64,000 nucleotides of DNA from an uncultured Bacilli bacterium (lineage in GTDB: Bacteria > Bacillota_I > Bacilli_A > RF39 > UBA660). Each line of letters begins with the position of its first letter. The first letter of the stretch is position 1. Shown one piece after another: positions 10,069 to 19,355 of this stretch. The notes below the pieces were generated by a model. The model was given only the letters and a program-made list of their open reading frames with translations, was not told where the DNA came from and did no database searches. The stretch covers positions 857-64,856 of the forward strand of contig CAKOWU010000004.1 in NCBI GenBank assembly GCA_934129885.1. Reading direction: 5' to 3'. The position numbers were made by a program, and so were the translations under genes.

Positions 10069-10950
10069 ATGAACGAAAATCAAAGTAAATCATCTCATAA
10101 AATAAACATCAACCATTATCCAGGCCATATGGCAAAAACGAAAAGATTGATTAAAGAAAATTTACCACTAATAGATATTGTTTACGAAATAGTGGACTCA
10201 AGGATTCCTTATTCATCAAAAATAACAGATATAGACGAGTATATTAAAAACAAACCCAAAATAATTGTTTTTACCAAAGATGATTTGTGTGATAAAATAG
10301 AAACAGAAAAATGGAAAGAATATTACCAAAGAGAGGGTAATAAAGTAATATCTATGAATCTAGAAGGTAATGCCAATGTTAAACCATTGATAACGCTTAC
10401 TGAAAAAGTCATGGAAGAAGAAAATAAAAAAAGAATAGAAAAAGGTTTACTAAAAAGAAAAGCAAGAGTCCTAGTAGTAGGAGTTCCAAATGTTGGTAAA
10501 AGTACTTTAATAAATCGCCTTTCTGGTAAAAAAGTAGTGAATACGGGAAACAAACCAGGAATAACCAAAAATATCAGTTGGATACGCGTAAATGATAAAA
10601 TAGAACTTCTAGATACTCCAGGAATACTTTGGCCAAAACTAACAGATTCCGCCCTTAATCTAGCGGCCCTCACAGCCATCAAAGAAGAAGTTCTTCCTTT
10701 ATATGATGTCACAGAATATATACTTCGTACTTTAGAAAAATATTATCCGAATATCCTAAAGGAAAGATATAATTTAGATACCCTTCATGATGATATTATT
10801 GAAGATTTAGAAGAAATTGGTAAAAAAAGAGGCTGCTTAATAAGTGGTGGTGAAGTAGATTACGATAAAGTAATAAACGTCATCATGAATGACATAAAAT
10901 TAGGATACGTTAAAGGGATAACATTTGATAGATATGACGAACATAACTAA
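10069..10950 (+). CDS. rbgA: Ribosome biogenesis GTPase A (YlqF/RbgA)
   Basis: The circularly permuted GTPase motifs 'HYPGHMAKT' and 'VGVPNVGKSTLINRL...DTPGILWPK' are present. The ATG at 10069 has an aaaggaag RBS. Confidence 0.85.
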   Translation: MNENQSKSSHKININHYPGHMAKTKRLIKENLPLIDIVYEIVDSRIPYSSKITDIDEYIKNKPKIIVFTKDDLCDKIETEKWKEYYQREGNKVISMNLEGNANVKPLITLTEKVMEEENKKRIEKGLLKRKARVLVVGVPNVGKSTLINRLSGKKVVNTGNKPGITKNISWIRVNDKIELLDTPGILWPKLTDSALNLAALTAIKEEVLPLYDVTEYILRTLEKYYPNILKERYNLDTLHDDIIEDLEEIGKKRGCLISGGEVDYDKVINVIMNDIKLGYVKGITFDRYDEHN

Positions 10951-11302
10951 CTCACTAACACTTGCGTACCTAGGCGATGCCGTATACGAAGTATATATTA
11001 GAAAGTATTTAATAAATAAAGGAATAATAAAAGTAAATGAACTTCAAAAAAACGCCGTAAAATATGTAAGTGCTAAAGCTCAAAGTGATATTTTAGAAAA
11101 ACTAATCAGCAAAGGTGTTCTAACCGAGCATGAGCAAAACATCGTAAAAAGAGCACGTAACCATAAAAGTCATTCATCAAAAAGCACTGACATCATAACA
11201 TATAAACGTTCAACCGGATTTGAGGCTTTAATTGGCTACTTAGAAATAAATAACAAACAAAGACTAGAAGAAATAATAAACTTTGTAATAGGAGATGAAT
11301 AA
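10925..11302 (+). CDS. mrnC: Mini-ribonuclease 3
   Basis: 'LAYLGDAVYEVYIRKYL' is the RNase III-like catalytic motif. The 125-aa size is typical of Mini-III. Confidence 0.8.
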   Translation: MIDMTNITNSLTLAYLGDAVYEVYIRKYLINKGIIKVNELQKNAVKYVSAKAQSDILEKLISKGVLTEHEQNIVKRARNHKSHSSKSTDIITYKRSTGFEALIGYLEINNKQRLEEIINFVIGDE

Positions 11303-11991
11303 TGTATATATATGGAAAAAACGCTTCTAAAGAAGCATTACAAAAAGGAAAAGTAAAACAAGCCTTTTTATATAAAAAATTCAAAGAAAAAGAAATACAA
11401 ACTTTATTAGAAAACAAAAACGTAAAAGTAACGTATTTAGATAAATACGAATTAGATAAAAAGCAAAAAGGTAACCACCAAGGAATAATATTAGAAGTAG
11501 AAGACTATAAATATTATTCATTAGACGACGCTACCGAAAACACCATAGTAATGCTTGATCATTTGGAAGATCCTCATAATTTTGGCGCAATAATTAGAAC
11601 TTGTGAAGCCGCAGGAATTAAAAACATCATTATCCCTAAAGATAGAAGTGTCAAAGTTACAAGCACAGTTATCAAAGTAAGCGTGGGTGCTATAGAAAAC
11701 GTTAAAATTATCATGGTAAATAATCTGGTGAACGCCCTAAAAAAATTAAAAGATAGTGGTTACTGGGTTATCGGTACCGATATGGAAGGGGAGGACTATC
11801 GCCTTTTAGACTACACTGGTAAAAAGGTAATTGTTATCGGTAGTGAGGGCAGTGGCCTAAGTAGACTCACCGAAGAAAACTGTGATTTTATTGCGAGTAT
11901 CCCTATGAACGGAACCGTAAATAGCCTCAACGCTTCAGTCGCCGCCGCTTTAGTAATTTATGAGTCTCAAAGAGGCAACTTAAATGCTTAA
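11302..11991 (+). CDS. rlmB: TrmH-family 23S rRNA (Gm2251) methyltransferase (YacO/RlmB-like)
   Basis: It has SpoU methylase motifs ('DPHNFGAIIRTCEAAG', 'IGSEGSGL'). Its position after mrnC matches the Bacillus arrangement. Confidence 0.8.
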   Translation: MYIYGKNASKEALQKGKVKQAFLYKKFKEKEIQTLLENKNVKVTYLDKYELDKKQKGNHQGIILEVEDYKYYSLDDATENTIVMLDHLEDPHNFGAIIRTCEAAGIKNIIIPKDRSVKVTSTVIKVSVGAIENVKIIMVNNLVNALKKLKDSGYWVIGTDMEGEDYRLLDYTGKKVIVIGSEGSGLSRLTEENCDFIASIPMNGTVNSLNASVAAALVIYESQRGNLNA

Positions 11992-12595
11992 AGACTTAAA
12001 CGATTATGAATTATTAGAACTTGCCACCGAAAATGAAGAGGCCAAAGAACTACTTTATAATAAATATAAACCATTAGTCATTAAAGAAGCTCAAAAGATG
12101 TATAATAAAAACCCAAATTGTGGACTAGATATCAACGATTTCATTCAAGAAGGAATGTATGGACTTTTGAAAGCCACAGAAAATTATAAAGAAAATAAAG
12201 GTAGTCTTTTCTATACGTATGCCAAAAAGTGTATCCTTTATTCATTGCAAAATAGCGTAACCAAAGTACATAGGCAAAAAAATATACCTTTAAATAACGC
12301 CTTGTCATTAGAAAAAGGTGAAGAGACTCAAAACTATGCGATTTATAGTGCTATAAAGGAAAACAGTGAAAGTCCAGAATGTGTCGTAACAGATTATTCA
12401 AACGTGAGGGAAATCTTATTTCGCTTAAATAATGAGCTTACCCCCTTAGAAGCACAAGTCTTCGAATTGAAACAAAGTGGCTTTGAAAATGACGAAATAT
12501 CCATAATTTTAGGTATAAGGGTTAAACAAATCTATAACGCCATGCATAGAATAAAACTAAAATTAAAAGTGGTGAGAAAGAAAATAAAAGGATAA
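11984..12595 (+). CDS. sigH: Sigma-70 family (SigH-like) RNA polymerase sigma factor
   Basis: Region 2 ('IQEGMYGLLKA') and a C-terminal region 4 HTH are present. Its location after rlmB matches the mrnC-yacO-(yacP)-sigH synteny. Confidence 0.7.
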   Translation: MLKDLNDYELLELATENEEAKELLYNKYKPLVIKEAQKMYNKNPNCGLDINDFIQEGMYGLLKATENYKENKGSLFYTYAKKCILYSLQNSVTKVHRQKNIPLNNALSLEKGEETQNYAIYSAIKENSESPECVVTDYSNVREILFRLNNELTPLEAQVFELKQSGFENDEISIILGIRVKQIYNAMHRIKLKLKVVRKKIKG

Positions 12596-12606
12596 ATATC
12601 ATCCTT

Positions 12607-13854
12607 TTATTTTTTTATCATATTATTAAAATTCGAAGTTCTTTGAAACATAAAATATTTAGGGCCATTAGTAACCAGTTCAAAGTCACCAGCATACTCA
12701 ATTGCTTTTGCATTAAAACTAAGTTTAAATTCATTAAGGCCTTTATAACGATTGCTTGATTTATTAATATTACTAATACCACCTAAATTAAATCTTTTGT
12801 AACCAAGACGCGAATACCTAGCCATTAATTTCCATAAAAGTAAATGTTTCGCATTAAAATGTTTATAATTACTATCATATCCATCGATAAGCAAGTAAAC
12901 TTCATCTTGCCATTTGATAACAAGTGCTGAAGACAAAATAATTCCATCAGGATTATCCTTTAAATATTTAGTTGCCAGCACAATTTGTTTTTTATAATCC
13001 TCAAATATTTCATCAACTTCCATTTTACGGCTAATTAACTTTTCGTTATCATTCTTATTTCCAATAAGTTGTAAATTTATCTCTTTCGCAAGCTTCTCAT
13101 ATTTGCTATATAAATTTTGTGAAACCTCTAAATATTGTGTAGTATCAAGTTTGCTGTAATAAAAATCCACTAAATTATCCTTATCAAAAAACTTGTATAA
13201 AGTCCTAAAATACTTAAGCCCTCTAGGGTATTTGTTTTTCGTCTGCAGATATAAATACCCTAAATCATTTTCGTTTCCGTGATAAACCTTAATACCATCT
13301 CGCTCGGCTTTTCTAATCTTTGTACGAAAATTTTTCTTTATATTACCAAAAAGATTTTCTGGTGTGTCATCAATGTCAATTACCGCTTCAAACCTTGGTT
13401 TTAAAGCCTCAAAATAATTATTATATCCTAAATGATAATAGCCTAACTTTTTAAGATGATTAAAAATCATCTCATAATTATTATTCGTACCTATTAACTT
13501 AAAGTCCGCATTGTATATTTTTTTAATAAATAAGGGACTAATTTTAATCGCCACAATATCTTTCTTGCCAAAAAACTGTTTCACTAACTTAGTAAACGTC
13601 TCAAGTAAATTGTAATCATTATAATTAATTAAAAATCCCCTAGGTGCATACGCATATTTAAAGCCGTTAACTTTTTTTACCAAAATCGCACTCGCACCTA
13701 TTATTTTATTTTCGTCTATAAGCCCCAAAAAGAAAGCGTCGTAATCTTCCTCATTCATAGTAAAAGCATATTCATTACTTTGATACATAGAACTTGGCCT
13801 AAAATTACTAGTAAAACTCTTAAATTCTGCATTAGTTAGTTGTTTAAGTTCCAT
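12607..13854 (-). CDS. FemAB-family peptidoglycan interpeptide-bridge aminoacyltransferase
   Basis: The protein is 415 aa and shows the FemAB/FemX-type fold signature across its length. Confidence 0.7.
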   Translation of the reverse strand: MELKQLTNAEFKSFTSNFRPSSMYQSNEYAFTMNEEDYDAFFLGLIDENKIIGASAILVKKVNGFKYAYAPRGFLINYNDYNLLETFTKLVKQFFGKKDIVAIKISPLFIKKIYNADFKLIGTNNNYEMIFNHLKKLGYYHLGYNNYFEALKPRFEAVIDIDDTPENLFGNIKKNFRTKIRKAERDGIKVYHGNENDLGYLYLQTKNKYPRGLKYFRTLYKFFDKDNLVDFYYSKLDTTQYLEVSQNLYSKYEKLAKEINLQLIGNKNDNEKLISRKMEVDEIFEDYKKQIVLATKYLKDNPDGIILSSALVIKWQDEVYLLIDGYDSNYKHFNAKHLLLWKLMARYSRLGYKRFNLGGISNINKSSNRYKGLNEFKLSFNAKAIEYAGDFELVTNGPKYFMFQRTSNFNNMIKK

Positions 13855-13946
13855 AAAGACCTCCTAACATGATAAATTATATCACAATTTGTCAACACTT
13901 GTCACAAGTATCATAAATAATTCTAAACAAAATATAATTAAACCAG

Positions 13947-14858
13947 GTGATAAAGATGATAAAAGTTGGCATTCCAAGAAGTTTATTTTATTACTATGAT
14001 GAAAAAATATGGCAAAACTTCTTAAGCTACTTAGACATACCATATATAATAAGCCCAGTAAGCAATAACGAAATTCAAAAAAACGGTATAAACATCGCTG
14101 GCGACGAAATGTGCCTCGCCTTAAAAAATTATCTAGGTCATATAGATTACTTAAAAGATAAATGTGATTACATACTAATACCTAGAATTGATAACTACAA
14201 AATAAATAACCAAACATGCACAAACTTTCTCGCTGCTTATGACATCGTAAATAATCTGTATAACATAAAAATCTTAAATTATAACATCGACATTCAAAAT
14301 CATGAAACTTTAAAAAAAGGCTTAATCAAAATAGGCAAAGAATTAGGGTTTACCAAAAAAGATGCCCTATATGCCTATTATTATTCTGCCAAGGAATACA
14401 AAAAATATCAAAAAAAACTTATTAAAGAAACAAACCAAAGTCTAAATGCAAATAAAACCAAAATACTTATCGTCTCTCATCCATATATCATATATGACGA
14501 GCTAATAGGTAAGGACATCATAAAATACCTAAAAAAAGAAGATATAGAAATAATATACTCGGATGAATTTGATAAACAAAAAGCCTTGAAAGCCAGTAAA
14601 ACATTAGTTAAAGATCTATATTTTCTGCACGCTAAAGAAAACATCGGAGCTATTAATCTAGTCAAAGATCAAATAGACGGTATAATATTCTTGTCTGCTT
14701 TTCCGTGTGCCATAGACTCCCTTGCAAATGAACTCGTCATGCGTAAAATAAAAATTCCCTATATCAATATATTAATAGATGACACTTCCGCCTTTGCGGG
14801 ATTAGAAACCAGACTAGAAAGTTTCACCGACATGTTAAAGGAGAAAAAACATGGATAA
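13947..14858 (+). CDS. 2-hydroxyacyl-CoA dehydratase-like / activase-associated (DUF2229-type) subunit
   Basis: It is translationally coupled to the next two genes, and the family resemblance is moderate. Confidence 0.45.
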   Translation: MIKMIKVGIPRSLFYYYDEKIWQNFLSYLDIPYIISPVSNNEIQKNGINIAGDEMCLALKNYLGHIDYLKDKCDYILIPRIDNYKINNQTCTNFLAAYDIVNNLYNIKILNYNIDIQNHETLKKGLIKIGKELGFTKKDALYAYYYSAKEYKKYQKKLIKETNQSLNANKTKILIVSHPYIIYDELIGKDIIKYLKKEDIEIIYSDEFDKQKALKASKTLVKDLYFLHAKENIGAINLVKDQIDGIIFLSAFPCAIDSLANELVMRKIKIPYINILIDDTSAFAGLETRLESFTDMLKEKKHG

Positions 14859-15909
14859 AATATCATACCCTTTAATGGGCGACTATAGTGTGCCCACTAA
14901 ATACCTGCTTACCCATATATTAAACATTGAAGTCATAACCCCGCCGCCAATCACCAGTAAAACAATTGCCCTGGGATCAAAATATAGCCCCGATATAATC
15001 TGCACACCCTTTAAATACACCTTAGGCACTATGTTAGAATCCATAGAAAAAGGCGCAAATATACTAATCCAACTAGGCGGCGGCTGTAGATACGGATACT
15101 ACGCCTATCTTCAAGAACAAATATTAAAAGATCTAAACAAAGACGTAAAAATAATAAACCTAGTCACAAAAGGTAAACTAGATGCCATAAAAATATATAA
15201 AGAACTAAAAAAAATATCCAAAATAAACATTTTCAAAACCCTTTACCACTCATTCATAACCATAAAAATGGTTAAATATATGGACCAAATAGATGCTTAT
15301 ATAAGAGAAAATATCGGTTTCGAACAAAAAAAGGGTTCCTTTGAACTTTTAAAATATAAAATGCTAAAAGACTTCAGCACCACCACATCATATAAAGACC
15401 TAAAAAGAAAATATAAATACTATAACAACAAAATTAAAAGTGTTCAAGTTCGTAAACCAGAAAATAGACTAAAAGTAGGGATAATAGGAGAACTATATAC
15501 CGTTATGGAACCATATGCTAACTATGACCTAGAAAAATCCCTCGCCAACCATAACATCGAAATAAAAAGATTTACAAATGCCCATTACCTGTTAATAGAG
15601 AAAAAAAGAGAAGTAAAACACTATTTAAAATACACCAAAGAATATATCAAATATAAAATGGGTGCCGATGCCGCCGATAACATCTGTAGAACTAAGTACC
15701 TTTGTGAACAGGGCTACGATGGAATAATTCATATTAAATCATCCTTCTGCACTCCAGAAATTGGTGCCATGCCCATTATCAGCAAAATCGCCGATCAATA
15801 TAACGTCCCCGTACTTTTCCTAACTCTCGATATCCATAATGGCGAAGAAGGTATCAAAACTCGATTAGAAGCATTTTACGATATGCTAGAAATGAGGAAA
15901 ACAAAATGA
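14851..15909 (+). CDS. 2-hydroxyacyl-CoA dehydratase-like subunit (HgdA/B-like)
   Basis: It overlaps both the upstream gene and the downstream activase gene, and contains Cys-containing motifs. Confidence 0.45.
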   Translation: MDKISYPLMGDYSVPTKYLLTHILNIEVITPPPITSKTIALGSKYSPDIICTPFKYTLGTMLESIEKGANILIQLGGGCRYGYYAYLQEQILKDLNKDVKIINLVTKGKLDAIKIYKELKKISKINIFKTLYHSFITIKMVKYMDQIDAYIRENIGFEQKKGSFELLKYKMLKDFSTTTSYKDLKRKYKYYNNKIKSVQVRKPENRLKVGIIGELYTVMEPYANYDLEKSLANHNIEIKRFTNAHYLLIEKKREVKHYLKYTKEYIKYKMGADAADNICRTKYLCEQGYDGIIHIKSSFCTPEIGAMPIISKIADQYNVPVLFLTLDIHNGEEGIKTRLEAFYDMLEMRKTK

Positions 15910-16841
15910 AAAATACATATCTAGGAGTAGATATAGGATCAATATCCACCAAAGGCGTCATTATCGACGAAGATAATAACATCATCACATCCGCCTACAT
16001 ATGGACCGAGGGTAATCCTGCTGCAGCCGTTAGAAAACTAATAAAAATGCTTAAAAAGAAATTACCTAAAGACTGCCATGTCAGAGGAATTGGTACCACC
16101 GGCAGCGCTAGAAAACTAATTGGCCTGCTTTTAGGAGCCAACATTGTCAAAAATGAAATAACAGCCCACGCCATAGGCACTTTAACATTTTACCCAAACG
16201 TTAGAACAATATTAGAAATAGGAGGGCAAGACTCCAAAATAATACTGTTAAAAAACGGCATCATAACAAATTATGCCATGAACACCTTATGTGCCGCCGG
16301 AACAGGGGCCTTTCTTTCAAGTCAGGCTAAACGTCTCGGTATGGACGTCAAAGAATTTAGTAAATACGCCTTAAAATCTAATAACCCTGTCAAAATTGCC
16401 GCTAGATGTACCGTCTTCGCTGAGTCTGACCTAGTCCATAAAGCCCAAGTGGGTTATCCAAAAGAAGACATCATTGCTGGACTATGTAAAAGCGTCGTTT
16501 TAAATTATCTAAACAATGTCGGCAAAGGAAAAAAAATAGAAGGCCCTATAATATTCCAAGGCGGCGTATCCAAAAATGCCGGTGTCGTCAAATACTTCGA
16601 AGAAATTTTGGGTGAGCCTATAATCGTTGATGAAAACAGCCATCTCATGGGTGCCATCGGTATCGCCGTCCTCGCAAGAAAAAATAAAATTGGAAAAACC
16701 TATAACCTCGAGCTTGACAAAGTGTCATTCGAAACCAAAGCCTGCGAATGCGATAAATGTCCAAACAATTGCGAAATCTTAAGCATTTATAGAAATAAAA
16801 AACAAATAGACTCTTGGGGCAGTAAATGCGGTCGTTATTAA
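15906..16841 (+). CDS. CoA-substrate-specific enzyme activase (BadF/BadG/BcrA/BcrD ATPase family)
   Basis: The N-terminus 'LGVDIGSISTKGVII' is an ASKHA fold, and the C-terminus 'CECDKCPNNCE' is a Cys cluster. Confidence 0.75.
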   Translation: MKNTYLGVDIGSISTKGVIIDEDNNIITSAYIWTEGNPAAAVRKLIKMLKKKLPKDCHVRGIGTTGSARKLIGLLLGANIVKNEITAHAIGTLTFYPNVRTILEIGGQDSKIILLKNGIITNYAMNTLCAAGTGAFLSSQAKRLGMDVKEFSKYALKSNNPVKIAARCTVFAESDLVHKAQVGYPKEDIIAGLCKSVVLNYLNNVGKGKKIEGPIIFQGGVSKNAGVVKYFEEILGEPIIVDENSHLMGAIGIAVLARKNKIGKTYNLELDKVSFETKACECDKCPNNCEILSIYRNKKQIDSWGSKCGRY

Positions 16842-16847
16842 ACAAGA

Positions 16848-16875
16848 CAAAATTCTTGTTTTTTTCTTTGCCCAC
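16848..16875 (+). terminator. Rho-independent terminator
   Basis: The sequence is 'AACAAGacaaaattCTTGTTttttttc'. Confidence 0.5.
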
Positions 16876-17063
16876 ACAACCACAAAAGTAAAGGTATAAG
16901 CCAAAGTACTTCAAAACAAAATAGTAAAACTATATATTAAGGCCTAAAGATATAACGTTTCCAAAATAAAAAGTCAATATCTATTAAATTGTAGTGCCAC
17001 TTAAATGTTATACTTAACTTGCCAGTGAGGAATTATCTAAAAAGTAAAGGAGGATTACCATAA

Positions 17064-17225
17064 ATGAATAAATTAGAAAAGATACAACAAGAAATCGCAG
17101 AACTGAGTCAATATAGACAAATACTAATCGCGCTAAAAGATATAGAAAACGTTAAAGAAAAAACTAAAGAAGAAAAACCAAAAGTAAAAAAATTATCTTT
17201 AAAGGAAGAGAAACGTGAATATTGA
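17064..17225 (+). CDS. Small charged coiled-coil protein (53 aa). It is the first gene of a three-gene operon and overlaps the AAA gene start by 11 nt.
   Basis: A strong RBS (aaaggagga) sits 9 nt before the ATG. The sequence is 'MNKLEKIQQEIAELSQYRQILIALKDIENVKEKTKEEKPKVKKLSLKEEKREY'. It is absent from the ORF track because it is shorter than 60 aa. Confidence 0.4.
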   Translation: MNKLEKIQQEIAELSQYRQILIALKDIENVKEKTKEEKPKVKKLSLKEEKREY

Positions 17226-18204
17226 AAATCCAGAAGAACTAATCAAAAAAATTGATAAAAGAATTGCCGAGCTAGAAGCCAAAGAAAAAGGTAAAGATAA
17301 CCCAAAAGAAGAAAGCCTAGAAAACGAAACAACCGCAAAAGTCATGGAAATGATCGAGACCATTAAAGCCGAAAACCTAGAAATTAGTCTTCAAAAACTA
17401 AATAACCTAATCGGCCTTACTGAAGTTAAAGAAGAAGTAAATAAACTAACAAACTACTTAAAGTTTTGTAAAAGAATAAAAGGAAAATCATCACTAGATA
17501 GGCTAAACCTAAATATGATTTTTAAAGGAAGCCCAGGAACTGGTAAAACCACAGTCGCAAGAATAATCGCTGGTATCTTATATAACCTAGGTTACCTTGA
17601 AAGCAAAGCCTTTATCGAAACAACACCTAGAGACTTTATAGGAGAATATATAGGACACACAAGCATCAAATCAAAAAAATTAATAGATAAATATAAAGGT
17701 GGCGTCATATTCGTAGATGAAGCCTACGGTTTCGTTCATGAAGAAGGGGAGTACAACTTTGCTGATGAAGCCATAGTAGAAATTATAAAAGAAATGGAAA
17801 CCAAAGAAACAGTATTTATCTTCTCTGGTTATCCCAAAGATATGGATAGATTTATTGAACTAAATTCTGGAATAAAATCTAGAGTAGGGTATCATATTGA
17901 TTTTAAAGACTATACAGAAGAAGAACTTTCAGAAATATTTAAATTCAAACTAACAAAATCAAATTTTCAAATTACGGAAGACGCCTATGAAAACATAAAA
18001 AATATTATAAAAATAAAAAAGCAAGAAAAAAACTTTGGTAATGGACGTATGATAGATAATTTGTATGACGAAGTATTACTAGAACACGCATCTCTTAATT
18101 ATGATAACAAAAACGAAAGTGAACTATTAATAATGAAAAACGAAAGTGTCGGTGTCGTCATGACTAGAGCACAACAAAAGCAAAGAAGGGGATATTTTGA
18201 GTAA
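17215..18204 (+). CDS. AAA+ ATPase of the SpoVK/CbbX family
   Basis: 'MIFKGSPGTGKTTVARIIAGIL' (Walker A) and 'GGVIFVDEAYG' (Walker B) are present, together with 'FIFSGYPKDMDRFIELNSGIKSRV', which is typical of SpoVK/CbbX. It has a GTG start. Confidence 0.8.
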   Translation: MNIENPEELIKKIDKRIAELEAKEKGKDNPKEESLENETTAKVMEMIETIKAENLEISLQKLNNLIGLTEVKEEVNKLTNYLKFCKRIKGKSSLDRLNLNMIFKGSPGTGKTTVARIIAGILYNLGYLESKAFIETTPRDFIGEYIGHTSIKSKKLIDKYKGGVIFVDEAYGFVHEEGEYNFADEAIVEIIKEMETKETVFIFSGYPKDMDRFIELNSGIKSRVGYHIDFKDYTEEELSEIFKFKLTKSNFQITEDAYENIKNIIKIKKQEKNFGNGRMIDNLYDEVLLEHASLNYDNKNESELLIMKNESVGVVMTRAQQKQRRGYFE

Positions 18205-18736
18205 TGTAATTGTAAACAACATATATGATAAACTCGTAGAAGATAGAATTATATTTATTAGAGGAGAAATCAATAACGCTACCGCAAGCGAAGTTGTTGC
18301 AAATCTTTTATACTTAGACTTTATCAGCAATGATGACATAACTATATACATAAACTCACCAGGCGGACTTGTTACCGGTGGACTTATGATATACGACACC
18401 ATAAAATATCTAAAATCAGATGTTTCCACCGTTGGTATTGGTTTGTCCGCATCAATCGCCGGAATAATACTCGCATCTGGTACCAAAGGCAAAAGAAAAA
18501 TCTTACCTCACGGCAAAGTCATGTTTCATGAAATATCTACAGATACTAGTGGTAAACTAACAGATATCCTGCTAGCCACCAAAGAAGCAAAAAAAACAAA
18601 CGATATTTTATTAGATATCATTGCTAAAAACAGTGTCATAAAAAAAAGTGAACTAAAACAAAGACTTACAACTGATTTCTATATGGATTGACACGAAGCA
18701 CTAAAATATGGTATTGTAGACAAAATTGTCGAATAA
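18197..18736 (+). CDS. ClpP-family serine peptidase paralog with an in-frame TGA at 18689-18691. The reading frame continues for a further 14 conserved codons.
   Basis: The ClpP catalytic Ser ('GLSASIAG') and His ('KVMFHEIS') are present. After the TGA the frame encodes 'HEALKYGIVDKIVE', which matches the canonical ClpP C-terminus 'A.EA.xYGLID.V'. It overlaps the AAA gene by 8 nt. Confidence 0.65.
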
Positions 18737-18753
18737 AAAAGGACTGCATACCT

Positions 18754-19293
18754 TTACGCAGCCTTTTTAACTCCCCGAGATCCATCTTGCAATTGATATA
18801 CCTTCGGTCTTTCTAATGGTTCAGCCGAAGGAATAGTTAAATCACCATTAGTATTCATTAAATATTCTTTATATTCATTTATTTGAACCAAAATATCTTT
18901 AAGTAAAGCAAGATCCTGAGTATCATTCGTTTTTCCTGCTAAATTAATTAAGGAAGAAAAAAGCGTTCTAAATTTAGAAGGTGATATCCCAATAACGTTT
19001 TTAAACTTGTTTGAGTATTGTTCCAAACCATTAAAATGGTTATTAAGTGCAATATATAAAATAGTCTCTTTAGTGAAAATAAGCGGATCTATAGAGTTAT
19101 ATACTCGGCACTCATTAACAAAACTAACTGGAGTAAGACCAGTATACTCTTTAAACTGCCTAATCAAATAAAACTTGTTGTAATGAAAAATCTCTTCAAG
19201 TTCATCAGAACTAACATTCCTATCTATATTGTCAAGTAAATACATACAAATCTGTTGCATTAGTAACCTATCCATAAAACCCCCACCACTCAC
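18754..19293 (-). CDS. AraC-family HTH transcriptional regulator (DNA-binding domain only)
   Basis: 'FHYNKFYLIRQFKEYTGLTPVSFVNECRV' is a characteristic AraC HTH. Confidence 0.7.
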   Translation of the reverse strand: MSGGGFMDRLLMQQICMYLLDNIDRNVSSDELEEIFHYNKFYLIRQFKEYTGLTPVSFVNECRVYNSIDPLIFTKETILYIALNNHFNGLEQYSNKFKNVIGISPSKFRTLFSSLINLAGKTNDTQDLALLKDILVQINEYKEYLMNTNGDLTIPSAEPLERPKVYQLQDGSRGVKKAA

Positions 19294-19355
19294 CTAAAAT
19301 ATACTACATAAAAAAATTATTGTCAAATTAGTAATAAGAAGTAAGGAGTGAAAAC

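Noticed and set aside
16645-16914. Minus-strand 89-aa ORF overlapping the activase 3' end and terminator
   Set aside because: It overlaps a confident gene and terminator hairpin and has a Cys/Arg-rich random-looking composition.
18689-18691. Alternative genetic code (TGA=Trp, Mollicutes-like) suggested by the in-frame TGA and low GC
   Set aside because: Every other long gene is TGA-free internally and uses TGG for Trp, and several genes (for example nifS) terminate at TGA.
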